Shown here: in pieces, positions 1 through 9,396 of the stretch
How the letters are laid out: each line of letters opens with the position of its first letter
Numbering within the stretch: position 1 is the first letter of the stretch
Assembly: GCA_964356695.1 (NCBI GenBank)
Contig: CAYHIZ010000001.1
Span: 1 to 56,609 of the forward strand
Reading direction: 5' to 3'
Length of the DNA: 56,609 nt
Source: an uncultured Candidatus Saccharibacteria bacterium
GTDB taxonomy: Bacteria; Patescibacteriota; Minisyncoccia; Phycocordibacterales; UBA2100
Notes under the pieces: generated by a model
What the model was told of the DNA's origin: nothing
Seen by the model: only the letters and a program-made list of their open reading frames with translations
Databases searched by the model: none
Translations under genes and position numbers: made by a program

Positions 1-53
1 TATGGATGAAATCGCCGTCCGCCACTATCTACCACCGATATTGCGTATGATCC

Positions 54-1565
54 ATGTTTTCTAGCTCGATGCACAGGGTAGTGCTCGTGGCGATTCTATC
101 CATGTCGGTGTTGCTCGTAGCGAGTGTGGCATACGCAGCGTATACGGATACTACTCAAGCCCTATACGCGAAGTTTACTCAGCTTGAACAACAATTCAGA
201 TTACCGGTCGGATATCTTCCTGCACTCGCCAACGCGGAAAGCGGTATGAATGCGAAAGCAGGCTCACCCGCACATGCGTACGGCCTTTTTCAGTGGATGC
301 CGGATTCGTGGACCAAATTCACACGACAAATATACGGCAAGGCAAAAGACCCTGGCACGCGATCAAATCCGTATCTTTCCGCGGAGGTAACAGCGGCTCG
401 TGCCAAGGGCGCATGGGACACATTCAAAGGAACAATACAGCAAGCAAAATTAGAGCCGAAGCTCGGCATCTCGATGGAACACTTTCTAGGACCCGGTGAC
501 TTTCCGATATTTATGGCGAGCTATATGCAAAATCCGAATGGACGCGCCGCCGATGTCGTGTCAAAAGCCGCAAAATATAATCCACCACTCTTCAATAAGG
601 GTTCGGCGACATTCACCGACGTATTGAATAATCGAGCCAAGACGATGGATATAGCTGGTGTGATTCCGCTTACCGGTTACCGTCCCACGTTTACAGACGC
701 ATCACAACGTGAACGCATTCTCGACGAGCAAAGTATGGAAGATTTGGAACGTAATTATAAGGGGGGTCCCTTGTCACCCGACCCCATTCCGACTTCTCCC
801 ACAGATTATGGCATCCCGCCCAGAAACACTCAAACCCTAAACGACCAGAGACCAAAAAGCACCATCTGCGTGGAAACCGTCTACTGTTTTGGCACGGCTC
901 TTGTGGAGCAAAGTAGCTCATGCGCCGTACACGTCGTAGAGCAGTGTGAAGATGGTTGCGCAAACGGTCAGTGCTTACGACCCCAGCCGTGCCCACAGGA
1001 TACCGTTACATACAACGATCAGTGTTTGTGCCCCGCAGGATCTGCCATGCAAAGTGGCCAGTGTGTGCGTTTGTCGCCACAACAAGCACAACAGAATCAA
1101 CAGCTCTCATCCGATTTAAATTCTGGCGAACAACGGCAACCCGCATCCCAACAATCATCGGGCGGAGGAGCGTCCGGCGGTGGTCAGGCGCCTACGACCA
1201 AAATATCCCCTTTCAATTCCATCTCAAATATCTTGCGCCCAGAAAAAACGCAGTTGCCGAAGCCGAACGAAGGTGCCCCGGTATATACATCGATCCCCTC
1301 GATTTCCGACGCAAAGTTGTCGCGAACAATTCGAGATGCGAATGCATGGAGGCGCGGTGGCGTACAAGACATTTCTGTCGTAGCGCCACGTACTAATAAT
1401 AATGTGACAGGTGGCATCCCAACATTCACTTCCAAAGATTTGCGCAACTATCCAAACGTCGCCCGTCCGAATGAGCGCAACGATTCGCAAGGCATTTTCG
1501 CAGAAGCTCTCTCGAAACTGAAGAATCTACTGTTCGGCATCATCGCGTTCGTCACACCACGATGA
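54..1565 (+). CDS. Membrane-anchored/secreted lytic transglycosylase (SLT-like domain) with Cys-rich and Gln/Gly-rich C-terminal extension
   Basis: N-terminal hydrophobic signal/anchor (VVLVAILSMSVLLVASVAYA). SLT-type motif region ALANAESGMN...AYGLFQWMPDSW. Downstream Cys-rich block (CVETVYCFG..CEDGCANGQC..CLCPAG..GQCV), a Q/G-rich low-complexity tract and a hydrophobic C-terminus. Confidence 0.6.
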   Translation: MFSSSMHRVVLVAILSMSVLLVASVAYAAYTDTTQALYAKFTQLEQQFRLPVGYLPALANAESGMNAKAGSPAHAYGLFQWMPDSWTKFTRQIYGKAKDPGTRSNPYLSAEVTAARAKGAWDTFKGTIQQAKLEPKLGISMEHFLGPGDFPIFMASYMQNPNGRAADVVSKAAKYNPPLFNKGSATFTDVLNNRAKTMDIAGVIPLTGYRPTFTDASQRERILDEQSMEDLERNYKGGPLSPDPIPTSPTDYGIPPRNTQTLNDQRPKSTICVETVYCFGTALVEQSSSCAVHVVEQCEDGCANGQCLRPQPCPQDTVTYNDQCLCPAGSAMQSGQCVRLSPQQAQQNQQLSSDLNSGEQRQPASQQSSGGGASGGGQAPTTKISPFNSISNILRPEKTQLPKPNEGAPVYTSIPSISDAKLSRTIRDANAWRRGGVQDISVVAPRTNNNVTGGIPTFTSKDLRNYPNVARPNERNDSQGIFAEALSKLKNLLFGIIAFVTPR

Positions 1566-1651
1566 CGACCATCCGCAGAATGTTTCGGGACGACAGTATC
1601 TTCTTAATGGTCAAGCTTTATATTTGCGTCTAAATACAGTAAGGTGCTCCA

Positions 1652-3124
1652 ATGGCGAAGGAAGAAACAATCGTGCGTTTTGAAGACGCGTCTTTTGAAT
1701 ATAGTGCCGCCAAACCCATTCTTGAGAAGATAGATTTCAACATCCGACGCGGGTCCAAGATCACTATCATGGGCCAGAACGGTGCAGGCAAGAGCACGAT
1801 ATTCGGGCTCATCACCGGCACGCACAGCCTCGAAGAGGGCAAGATTCACATGCCGCACGGACTCACGATAGCGACATCACGCCAGGTAATCCCGCGTACG
1901 GAGATGGATCTAACGGTGCGCGAATTTTTCCAGAAATGCTTCGACAAGAAAATGTACGACATCGATCCGCGTATCGACGAAGCGCTTGAGGTGGTCAATC
2001 TAAAAGGTCATGTAAAAGTGCATGATCGCATCATCAAATCATTCTCCGGTGGTCAGCAGGCGCGGCTATTGCTCGCCTCCGCGCTCATCCAAAACCCTGA
2101 TCTGCTCTTGCTCGACGAACCAACCAACAATCTCGATCATGCGGGAATCAAACACCTAACCGAATATCTCACTGAATACGCCAAGACCGTCGTAGTGATT
2201 TCGCACGATGCGGATTTCTTGAATGCATTTTCCGACGGCGTGCTGTATCTGGATGTAAAAACGCGCAAGGTCGAGCAATACACGGGCAACTATTTCAACG
2301 TGGTCAAACAGATCACCGAGCGTATCGAACGCGAGAATCGCAAGAACGCGCTCCTCGCCAAAGATATTCAAGCCAACAAAGACAAAATCAACTACTTCGC
2401 GAACAAAGGCGGTAAGATGCGTCTCATCGCCAAGAAGATGCGCACGCAGATCGCGGAAATGGAAGAAGAAAAAGTCGATGTGCGCAAAGAAGACAAAACG
2501 ATCAAAACATTTTTAATCCCGGTGCAGGATATAAAAGGCGAGATATTACACATAAATTCATACAATACGATCCCCTCAACTGGGCTCGGAGCAGGCAAGG
2601 CTAAATTACATAAAGCCAACATCTCGCTCAAACGCGGTAAGCATCTATTATTGAAAGGTCCGAATGGAATCGGTAAGAGTACCCTGCTCGAATCCATCGC
2701 TAGGGGCACCGCGCAAGGGGCATCGATAGGGAAGGGGGTCAAAGTCGGATATTATCGTCAGGATTTTTCAACGCTCAATTTTGACGACACGGTATACAAA
2801 TCGCTCGAAGCGGCGATGCACAAACCCGACGAAGAAAAACTGCGCGCGATCTCGGCCGGATTCCTCATCACATCCGACATCATTCACACCAAAATTGGTC
2901 ATTTATCTGAAGGGCAGAAAGGTCTCGTCGCATTCGCGCGCCTCGTTTTGGAACGTCCGGGGCTCTTGATCCTCGATGAGCCGACCAACCACATCAACTT
3001 TCGCCATTTGCCAGTGATCGCAAAAGCACTCAGCGAATATGAAGGCGCGATGGTGCTCGTGAGCCACGCCCCCGAATTCGTCGCACAAATACGGATCGAT
3101 GATGTGTTGGATTTGGAGAAGTAG
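1652..3124 (+). CDS. ABC-F family ATPase (two tandem ABC domains, no TM domain)
   Basis: Two Walker A motifs (GQNGAGKST, GPNGIGKST), signature-like FSGGQQARLLLA and LSEGQKGLVAFA, and Walker B LLLLDEPTNNLD and LLILDEPTNHIN. A charged linker lies between the domains. Confidence 0.85.
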   Translation: MAKEETIVRFEDASFEYSAAKPILEKIDFNIRRGSKITIMGQNGAGKSTIFGLITGTHSLEEGKIHMPHGLTIATSRQVIPRTEMDLTVREFFQKCFDKKMYDIDPRIDEALEVVNLKGHVKVHDRIIKSFSGGQQARLLLASALIQNPDLLLLDEPTNNLDHAGIKHLTEYLTEYAKTVVVISHDADFLNAFSDGVLYLDVKTRKVEQYTGNYFNVVKQITERIERENRKNALLAKDIQANKDKINYFANKGGKMRLIAKKMRTQIAEMEEEKVDVRKEDKTIKTFLIPVQDIKGEILHINSYNTIPSTGLGAGKAKLHKANISLKRGKHLLLKGPNGIGKSTLLESIARGTAQGASIGKGVKVGYYRQDFSTLNFDDTVYKSLEAAMHKPDEEKLRAISAGFLITSDIIHTKIGHLSEGQKGLVAFARLVLERPGLLILDEPTNHINFRHLPVIAKALSEYEGAMVLVSHAPEFVAQIRIDDVLDLEK

Positions 3125-3187
3125 GGTGATTAGTTTTGGGAATCAGATCCTCTATTGTTTTAGTAAATAAACTGCTAAAATAATAAT

Positions 3188-4267
3188 ATGAAAAACTCAC
3201 AAAAAGGATTTGTCATGCCTTTGATCCTTGCACTCATTGCCATTCTGTTGGTCGGTGGTGGTGCATATGTGTATACACAAGATAAACAAGGCAATCAGAC
3301 GAATGTCGTAAGCCAAACTACTGATACGACATCAACTGAGCAGACTGCAGATTGGAAGACATATACGAATAGTGCTTTTGATTTTAGCATAAAACTGCCC
3401 ACCAATAATAATGTTTACACGTGCGAAGATTCTTCAACTCGTGCTCAATTGGCCAATGAAAAAAGTTACAGAGTATTTATACTGGAAAATCCATCAGATA
3501 TTGATTTGATGAAATCTTGTGATTACTCTGAACGTGCAAAATACAATAATCTGTATATAAACGCGTCTCGGTCAACTCCTGGCGCGTATTCTGACCTCGT
3601 CGCTAATTGGAAAAAAAATTACGGCGACGGGAAATATATCACCCTTGAAGAAACGACATTTGCTGGGCATGGAGCTACTGGACATGAAGCATTAATGAAA
3701 ACAAAGGTAGAAGGTCCAAACAACGATAACTTGTACAAAGAGGTTGTGATTAATGGTGGTATGTATTCTTACTATCTAAGTTTCGCTAAAAAGAGTGATT
3801 CTTTAGAAGAAACACTCGCCACATTTCAGGTTATGGAGACCAAGAGTACATTATCGGACTGGCAGACTTTAAAAAGTAACGATTTAGGGATTGAGATAAA
3901 ATTCCCAAATGATTATCGCTCAAACACAGTTAACTCCAAACTTGTCGTCGCGTCAGACCTCACTATTTTTCCAGTTCCACAGCCGATAGAATTTGGTCCT
4001 CGTCTGATTATTTCTAGAACATCGGATCATGTCACCGCGAACACAAATGTAGACACATGGGTGGACAATATTTTTCGCACTGACAATAGTAAATCTGTAA
4101 AAGGACGAGGATATACGACGACCAATGGTACGAAATGGGTCAAAGTAAAATACCTAGACGTGAGTGGCGTCGGACCGAATTTGACTTCGATGGGCAAGGT
4201 TTTGAAGTTATCGTCCAGTAATAATTTGAATCTCTCGACCCTTGGAATAACCCGTGCCGTTTTATAA
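3188..4267 (+). CDS. Hypothetical N-terminally anchored/secreted protein with internal two-module duplication
   Basis: N-terminal TM/signal (FVMPLILALIAILLVGGGAYVY). Two modules open alike: DWKTYTNSAFDFSIKLPTNN and DWQTLKSNDLGIEIKFPNDY. The gene is AT-rich relative to its neighbours by eye. Confidence 0.5.
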   Translation: MKNSQKGFVMPLILALIAILLVGGGAYVYTQDKQGNQTNVVSQTTDTTSTEQTADWKTYTNSAFDFSIKLPTNNNVYTCEDSSTRAQLANEKSYRVFILENPSDIDLMKSCDYSERAKYNNLYINASRSTPGAYSDLVANWKKNYGDGKYITLEETTFAGHGATGHEALMKTKVEGPNNDNLYKEVVINGGMYSYYLSFAKKSDSLEETLATFQVMETKSTLSDWQTLKSNDLGIEIKFPNDYRSNTVNSKLVVASDLTIFPVPQPIEFGPRLIISRTSDHVTANTNVDTWVDNIFRTDNSKSVKGRGYTTTNGTKWVKVKYLDVSGVGPNLTSMGKVLKLSSSNNLNLSTLGITRAVL

Positions 4268-4396
4268 TTTCTCCTAAGATGGTGGGGGTGTTGCGTGCGC
4301 TAGAAAGGGTTTTGGGCAAGCACATACAGATTTGCGCCCGCGTTGTAGATACTCAATCAATGGTGTGTCGAGAGTGAGGGGAGAAGCGCAACGCGA

Positions 4397-4753
4397 CTAC
4401 TCAGTGTCCTCAAAAGGCGGGTTGATGAGAAATCCGTCGGCCGCAAGGATCACGATGCGTCCTTTCAACTCCATTTCTCCATACTGCGCGAATAGCCGTG
4501 ACAACGCGCCGTTGATTATATCGGCGTTCGGCGGATGTATGCGGACGATAACGATTCCGGCGTATTTCTCCGGCGGGTATGCGAGCGCGTTGATGAAATC
4601 CTTATCGTGAGTAACGAGTATCCTATGCTCGACCTGCGCCATACGCACGACCAATGTGTCGGAAGCGCCGCGGGAAACGTATTTCACGCTCCCGAACGAA
4701 GCGAGGAAATCGCGCACTTCGCGCCGCACGTTTTCGTCAACGAGCAAGCGCAT
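4397..4753 (-). CDS. DUF5615-type PIN-like putative toxin
   Basis: From the internal ATG at 4753: MRLLVDENVRREVRDFL...ILVTHDKDFINAL...GIVIVRIHP, the pattern of DUF5615/Mut7-C-like PIN proteins. It overlaps the 3' end of the upstream DUF433 gene by 17 nt. The ORF track extends it to 4801. Confidence 0.55.
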   Translation of the reverse strand: MRLLVDENVRREVRDFLASFGSVKYVSRGASDTLVVRMAQVEHRILVTHDKDFINALAYPPEKYAGIVIVRIHPPNADIINGALSRLFAQYGEMELKGRIVILAADGFLINPPFEDTE

Positions 4754-4994
4754 GATCGAATCTGACGACCGAACCGCGCATCTCCGGAGCGCGGGAGGCA
4801 AAGCCGAATGCGGCGTTCACATGACGCTTCGTGAGCTTGGGATATGCGCGCAGGACATCCTCGACGCTCTCGCCGGCGGCGAGCATTTCAAGTACTAAGT
4901 ACACCATGACGCGCGTACCCTTGAACACTGGATTGCCGTGCGCCACACGCGGATCGGATGTGATGTATTTGGCGATGTCTTCCATGGAAAGCAT
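4737..4994 (-). CDS. DUF433-domain putative antitoxin
   Basis: ITSDPRVAHGNPVFKGTRVMVYLVLEMLAAGESVEDVLRAYPKLTKRHVNAAFGFA matches the characteristic DUF433 pattern (dP..GkP.i.GTR..V..). Confidence 0.65.
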   Translation of the reverse strand: MLSMEDIAKYITSDPRVAHGNPVFKGTRVMVYLVLEMLAAGESVEDVLRAYPKLTKRHVNAAFGFASRAPEMRGSVVRFDHALAR

Positions 4995-5072
4995 GATAAC
5001 ATGCCACGCCGTGTGGACAATTCTGTGGGCAATAGCTCTGTGACTATAGTTACAAAAGCGTACCCTACCACA

Positions 5073-6206
5073 CTAACGAATGACTTTTGCGACTGTTGTT
5101 GCTACTCTTTTGTCGAACATGTCGGGCACGATTTTGTCTGGCGTCGGAGTTTTCACCAGTCCCGCGATTGCGCGTGCCGTTTTTATTTTCATCGCGGTTG
5201 TAATTTTGCGTATATTGCGATCAAGCGCGCCGCGAAAAACGCCTGGAAACGCGAGTGAATTGTTGATCTGATTCGGAAAATCCGATCTTCCCGTACCGAC
5301 GATCAGTGCACCTCCTCGCTTTGCCTCATCGGGCATAATCTCCGGCATAGGATTCGCCATCGCGAACACGATTGCATTCTTTGCCATGAGCTTTATGTCT
5401 TCTGCTTTCACCAAATTCGGACCGGATACGCCGAGAAGAACATCTGCGCCCTTGAGTGCATCGCGAAGTCCACCTTTTATGCCGCGCTTGTTGAATTTTA
5501 CAAGCGACCGCTTGTGCGTTTCTGGTCGGCTGGAATCTATTATTCCTTTGCTGTCGAGTACGATTATATCTTTTGCTCCGGCAACGCAGAGTAAATCCGC
5601 GGATGCTTTTCCTGCGGCTCCAGCGCCAAGAATCACGATTCGTGCCAAATGTATTTTCTTCTTCACAACTTTGAGCGCGTTGATGAGCGCGGCAAGAACG
5701 ACTATCGCCGTGCCGTGCTGATCATCATGCATGACGGGAATATCTAACGCCTCGATAATCCTCCGCTCTATCTCGAAGCATTTCGGCGCGGCAATATCTT
5801 CGAGATTGATACCGCCAAAGGCCGGTGCGATGCGAACGATTGTGTCTACGATTTCGTCGGTATCCTGGGTATCAAGCACTATAGGAATCGCATCAACATC
5901 GGCGAACGTCTTAAAAATCGCGCACTTTCCTTCCATTACAGGAAGCGCGCCTAAAGGTCCTATATTTCCGAGACCGAGCACTGCCGATCCGTCGGAAATT
6001 ACAGCAACAGTGCGCTTTTTCATGGTGTACATGCGCGCAAGCTTCGGATTTTTTGCAATCACACTCGACACCTCTGCGACACCGGGCGTATACACAAGCG
6101 ACAGATCCGCTTTGTTTCGTATTGGTGTTGCGGGAATCACGCGGATTTTCCCGCCCAACTTTTTGTGGAGCAACAATGCTTGTCGTGAGATATTCATTCC
6201 CGCCAT
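5073..6206 (-). CDS. NAD(P)-dependent malic enzyme (short form)
   Basis: DLSLVYTPGVAEVS, GSAVLGLGNIGP..ALPVMEGK, GGINLEDI, HDDQHGTA and the Rossmann motif ILGAGAAG. Start chosen at the ATG at 6206 (MAGMNISRQ); the ORF track extends to 6245. Confidence 0.85.
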   Translation of the reverse strand: MAGMNISRQALLLHKKLGGKIRVIPATPIRNKADLSLVYTPGVAEVSSVIAKNPKLARMYTMKKRTVAVISDGSAVLGLGNIGPLGALPVMEGKCAIFKTFADVDAIPIVLDTQDTDEIVDTIVRIAPAFGGINLEDIAAPKCFEIERRIIEALDIPVMHDDQHGTAIVVLAALINALKVVKKKIHLARIVILGAGAAGKASADLLCVAGAKDIIVLDSKGIIDSSRPETHKRSLVKFNKRGIKGGLRDALKGADVLLGVSGPNLVKAEDIKLMAKNAIVFAMANPMPEIMPDEAKRGGALIVGTGRSDFPNQINNSLAFPGVFRGALDRNIRKITTAMKIKTARAIAGLVKTPTPDKIVPDMFDKRVATTVAKVIR

Positions 6207-6253
6207 TTCACAAGTGTATATCAACTCATGTAAGCAATGAAACACCCCTCACA

Positions 6254-7018
6254 TCACAAATGAATCGTTGCAGTGATGATCGCCAGCGCATAAGCGATGC
6301 GCAATACAATCTTCTGCAGTGCGCCGGAGAATTTCGAGAGATGTATTAGAAGTATGCCTCCGACGTATCCTCCTGCTAGTGATCCGACAGACCACGGCAA
6401 CCACACGGCAAACAATAAATTCCCACCATACCAGTGTGTGACAACGGCGACAGAGACAAGCATGAATTCTACAAACCGTGCCTGAATCTTGACTAGTGCG
6501 ATGTCGGTATCTGTTGGATGTTTCAATCGAAGCAGTGCGACAAGAATAATGCCAATGCCTGCGCCAAATGTTCCCGCGTAGAGCCCGCACAAAAATGCGG
6601 CAACATGAAACGTTCTACCGCTAATGAAAGCAGTGATCCGCGGTGCGCTTTCTGCAAACACAACCGCAAAAACAGTCGCGGGCAAAATCCATGCCTGACT
6701 CAAATGTGATATCAAAAATGCCCCAAGTATGGTGCCGAGAAAAGCAAACGTAGACACTTCTATGTTTCTCACATATTCAATGCTTCCGCGTGTTGTCCAC
6801 GTCGATCCGATACTGCGGAACAAAGAACCGACTTTTATATTGCCTACGATTGAGCCAAACGAAAGCGACGGAAACACCCACTGCATGAGCGGAACCGAGA
6901 AGAATAGTCCTCCTCCAAATACGACACTCAAAACGCCGACGACAAAACCGCCCGTAACAAGCATCACGTTGCCAGTATCTGCAATTGACAGCATGCTCGA
7001 GATCAAGAATGCCTCCAT
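6254..7018 (-). CDS. TauE/SafE (TSUP, DUF81) family membrane transporter
   Basis: Polytopic membrane protein of about 250 aa. Gly-rich first helix pair (GVLSVVFGGGLFFSVPLM) and a repeated half, typical of TSUP family proteins. Confidence 0.6.
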   Translation of the reverse strand: MEAFLISSMLSIADTGNVMLVTGGFVVGVLSVVFGGGLFFSVPLMQWVFPSLSFGSIVGNIKVGSLFRSIGSTWTTRGSIEYVRNIEVSTFAFLGTILGAFLISHLSQAWILPATVFAVVFAESAPRITAFISGRTFHVAAFLCGLYAGTFGAGIGIILVALLRLKHPTDTDIALVKIQARFVEFMLVSVAVVTHWYGGNLLFAVWLPWSVGSLAGGYVGGILLIHLSKFSGALQKIVLRIAYALAIITATIHL

Positions 7019-7033
7019 GTTTTAATTCATGAA

Positions 7034-8329
7034 TTATTTCAAAACGATGCCATCTTTCATCTTGATCACGCCGCGATAAATCGTATGCAGTGCTTTGCCG
7101 GTGAGCGTCTTGCCTGCGAATACAGAATTCCTGCCCTTACTGTAGAACTTCGACGGATCAACGACCCATTCTTTTGCAATATCAAAAATCGCGATGTCAG
7201 CGTCGGCACCGATATTAAGCGTTCCCCTTTCTTTGCGTATGATCGCGGCGGGTTTATATGTCATAAGCGCGAGACCGTCCATGAGTGAAACATGACCCGG
7301 TTTGATTAGGTACGTGTTTAGTACGGCAAAACTCGTCTCAAGTCCGACGGTGCCGCGTGCGGCATCGACGAACGGTTTTATTTTGTCGGGCTCGATGTGT
7401 GGCGCGTGGTCTGTTGTAATAGCATCAATTGTGCCGTCTTTGATTGCGGCGATAAGCGCGTCGACGTGATCTTCCGAACGCAGAGGCGGATACATTTTGG
7501 CGTCTGTGTTGTACCCGCGGCACGCTTCGTCGGTAAGCGCAAAGTTTTGTACCGAAACCTCGCCGGTTACATTTATCGCTCCGGTTCGTTTATATTCGCG
7601 CAAAGCTGCTACCGCCGCTTTGGTCGACAAGTGCGAAAGGTGGAGTCGCGCTCCTGAGCGCTGCGCAAGCATGATTGCTTTCGTCACCGCATGATCCTCG
7701 GCGACTTCTGGAATGCCAGGAAGTCCGAGATCAGTTGATACCCAGCCTTCGTGCATGACGCCGTGGTTGTCGAGGTCGGGCGTCTCACAGTGATTCATAA
7801 GAAGCATATCGTGAGTTTTCGAATATTCGAGTGCCCGAAGCAAAACACCTGTATTATCAATATCTACGCCATCGTCCGAAACAGCTACGGCGCCGGAATT
7901 TTTGAGTTCGCGTATTTCGGAGAGTATGGCGCCGTCTTCATTTTTGGTGATCGAACCGGCTGGAAAGATATCGATTAGATTGAGTTCTTTCGCGCGATTA
8001 ATGATGAATTCTATTCCAGTTTGGTTGTCGGCAATCGGCGCCGTGTTGGGCATTGTAACAACCGAGGTGATGCCGCCCGCAAGCGCCGCGCGCGAGCCCG
8101 TTTCGAGCGTCTCGATATCTTCACGACCCGGCTCGCGGAAATGCACATGGATGTCGACAAGTCCCGGCGAGACAACAAGTCCCGTCGCGTCGATTACCAT
8201 CTCCGCCGATGCGATGTCAGATTTGCCGACACTTTGTATTTTGCCATCTGCAATATATACATCGGCAATCTCATCTCGTTTCGAAATCGGATCAATGACA
8301 CGACCGTTTTTGATAAGAAGTGTGCTCAT
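7034..8329 (-). CDS. pyrC: Dihydroorotase
   Basis: MSTLLIKNGRVIDP..., metal-binding DIHVHFREPG, and later DHAPH. The start ATG at 8329 overlaps the pyrB stop (ATGA at 8329-8326, minus strand). The ORF track extends to 8380. Confidence 0.85.
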   Translation of the reverse strand: MSTLLIKNGRVIDPISKRDEIADVYIADGKIQSVGKSDIASAEMVIDATGLVVSPGLVDIHVHFREPGREDIETLETGSRAALAGGITSVVTMPNTAPIADNQTGIEFIINRAKELNLIDIFPAGSITKNEDGAILSEIRELKNSGAVAVSDDGVDIDNTGVLLRALEYSKTHDMLLMNHCETPDLDNHGVMHEGWVSTDLGLPGIPEVAEDHAVTKAIMLAQRSGARLHLSHLSTKAAVAALREYKRTGAINVTGEVSVQNFALTDEACRGYNTDAKMYPPLRSEDHVDALIAAIKDGTIDAITTDHAPHIEPDKIKPFVDAARGTVGLETSFAVLNTYLIKPGHVSLMDGLALMTYKPAAIIRKERGTLNIGADADIAIFDIAKEWVVDPSKFYSKGRNSVFAGKTLTGKALHTIYRGVIKMKDGIVLK

Positions 8330-9345
8330 AGGATTGAGTATGGTTTTATTTTGCCGTCGAATCGCTCTGCAAGTAGCCACAAGAGCGCTTTGCGCACGGC
8401 CGAACCATTTTCGACTTGCGTCAGGATGCGCGATTGAGCATGACGAGCAACTAAAACCGAATGTACATCAATGTCGCGCATGACAGGACCTGCGTGCATG
8501 ATGATGGCGTTTGGTTTTGCTAATTGCAATCGCTGCGGCGAGATTCCGAATGTCTTAGAGTATTCGCGCAGTGTCGGGATGTCGGTCATAGCATCACGCT
8601 CTTGCTGTACTCGCAGTGCGTAAATTACATCGGCACCAGCAAGTGCCTCGTCGACATTCCAAAATGTCTTCACGCCAAAATTCTCAACGAAATCCGGCAG
8701 GAATGTCTCGGGTGCGGCGACGCGAATCTCTGCTTTGAGCTTGCGCAAGATGCGCACGAGAGATCCGAACACGCGCGAGTGCCGCACATCGCCGACGATG
8801 GTGACGACTCGCCCGGCGAGATCCTTTGATTGAAATTCATCGAGTATGGTGAGCGCATCAAGAAGCCCTTGCGTGGGGTGCTCGTGCCAGCCGTCGCCCG
8901 CGTTGATGACCGAGGCGGATACATGACGCGCGGCAAATTCAGGTCCTCCAGCTTCCGAACACCTCAACACGATGGTGCGCACTTGATATGCGCCGAGTGT
9001 TTCGACAGTGTCGATAAAACTCTCACCCTTATTCGCAGACGAACCAACGAATCCTACGTTCGTCGTGTCCATCGAAAGTTGTTTCGCCGCAAGATCGAAA
9101 CTTGCGCTGGTGCGCGTTGATGGCTCGAAAAAGGCATTTACCTGCGAGTATCCTTTATTGAAAGAGAACTTGTATGTCTTGTAATCGCGGAATCGACGCG
9201 CAACATCGAGTATAAGCGCGAGATCGTCGGTAACAACCTGCTCTATAGAGATTAGATCAAAGAAAGAGAGATCGCGACCTTTGCGAATTGAAATAAGATC
9301 TGCTTCTGCTTCAGAGGGAAGTTTCTTATGTAAGATAACATCCAT
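8326..9345 (-). CDS. pyrB: Aspartate carbamoyltransferase catalytic subunit
   Basis: FEPSTRTSASF (STRT motif), HEHPTQGLLD (HPTQ) and the C-terminal HAGPV motif. Confidence 0.9.
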   Translation of the reverse strand: MDVILHKKLPSEAEADLISIRKGRDLSFFDLISIEQVVTDDLALILDVARRFRDYKTYKFSFNKGYSQVNAFFEPSTRTSASFDLAAKQLSMDTTNVGFVGSSANKGESFIDTVETLGAYQVRTIVLRCSEAGGPEFAARHVSASVINAGDGWHEHPTQGLLDALTILDEFQSKDLAGRVVTIVGDVRHSRVFGSLVRILRKLKAEIRVAAPETFLPDFVENFGVKTFWNVDEALAGADVIYALRVQQERDAMTDIPTLREYSKTFGISPQRLQLAKPNAIIMHAGPVMRDIDVHSVLVARHAQSRILTQVENGSAVRKALLWLLAERFDGKIKPYSIL

Positions 9346-9396
9346 TAAATTGGCAATATATCATAAATGCCCCAAGACGCAACGTGCGATCGCATA

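Noticed and set aside
8326-8329. Alternative genetic code with UGA as a sense codon (code 25 of some CPR lineages, or code 4).
   Set aside because: TGA ends pyrB, the VirB4 gene and several others at exactly the expected protein lengths, including ATGA start/stop overlaps. Conserved genes contain no internal TGA. Standard code 11 fits.
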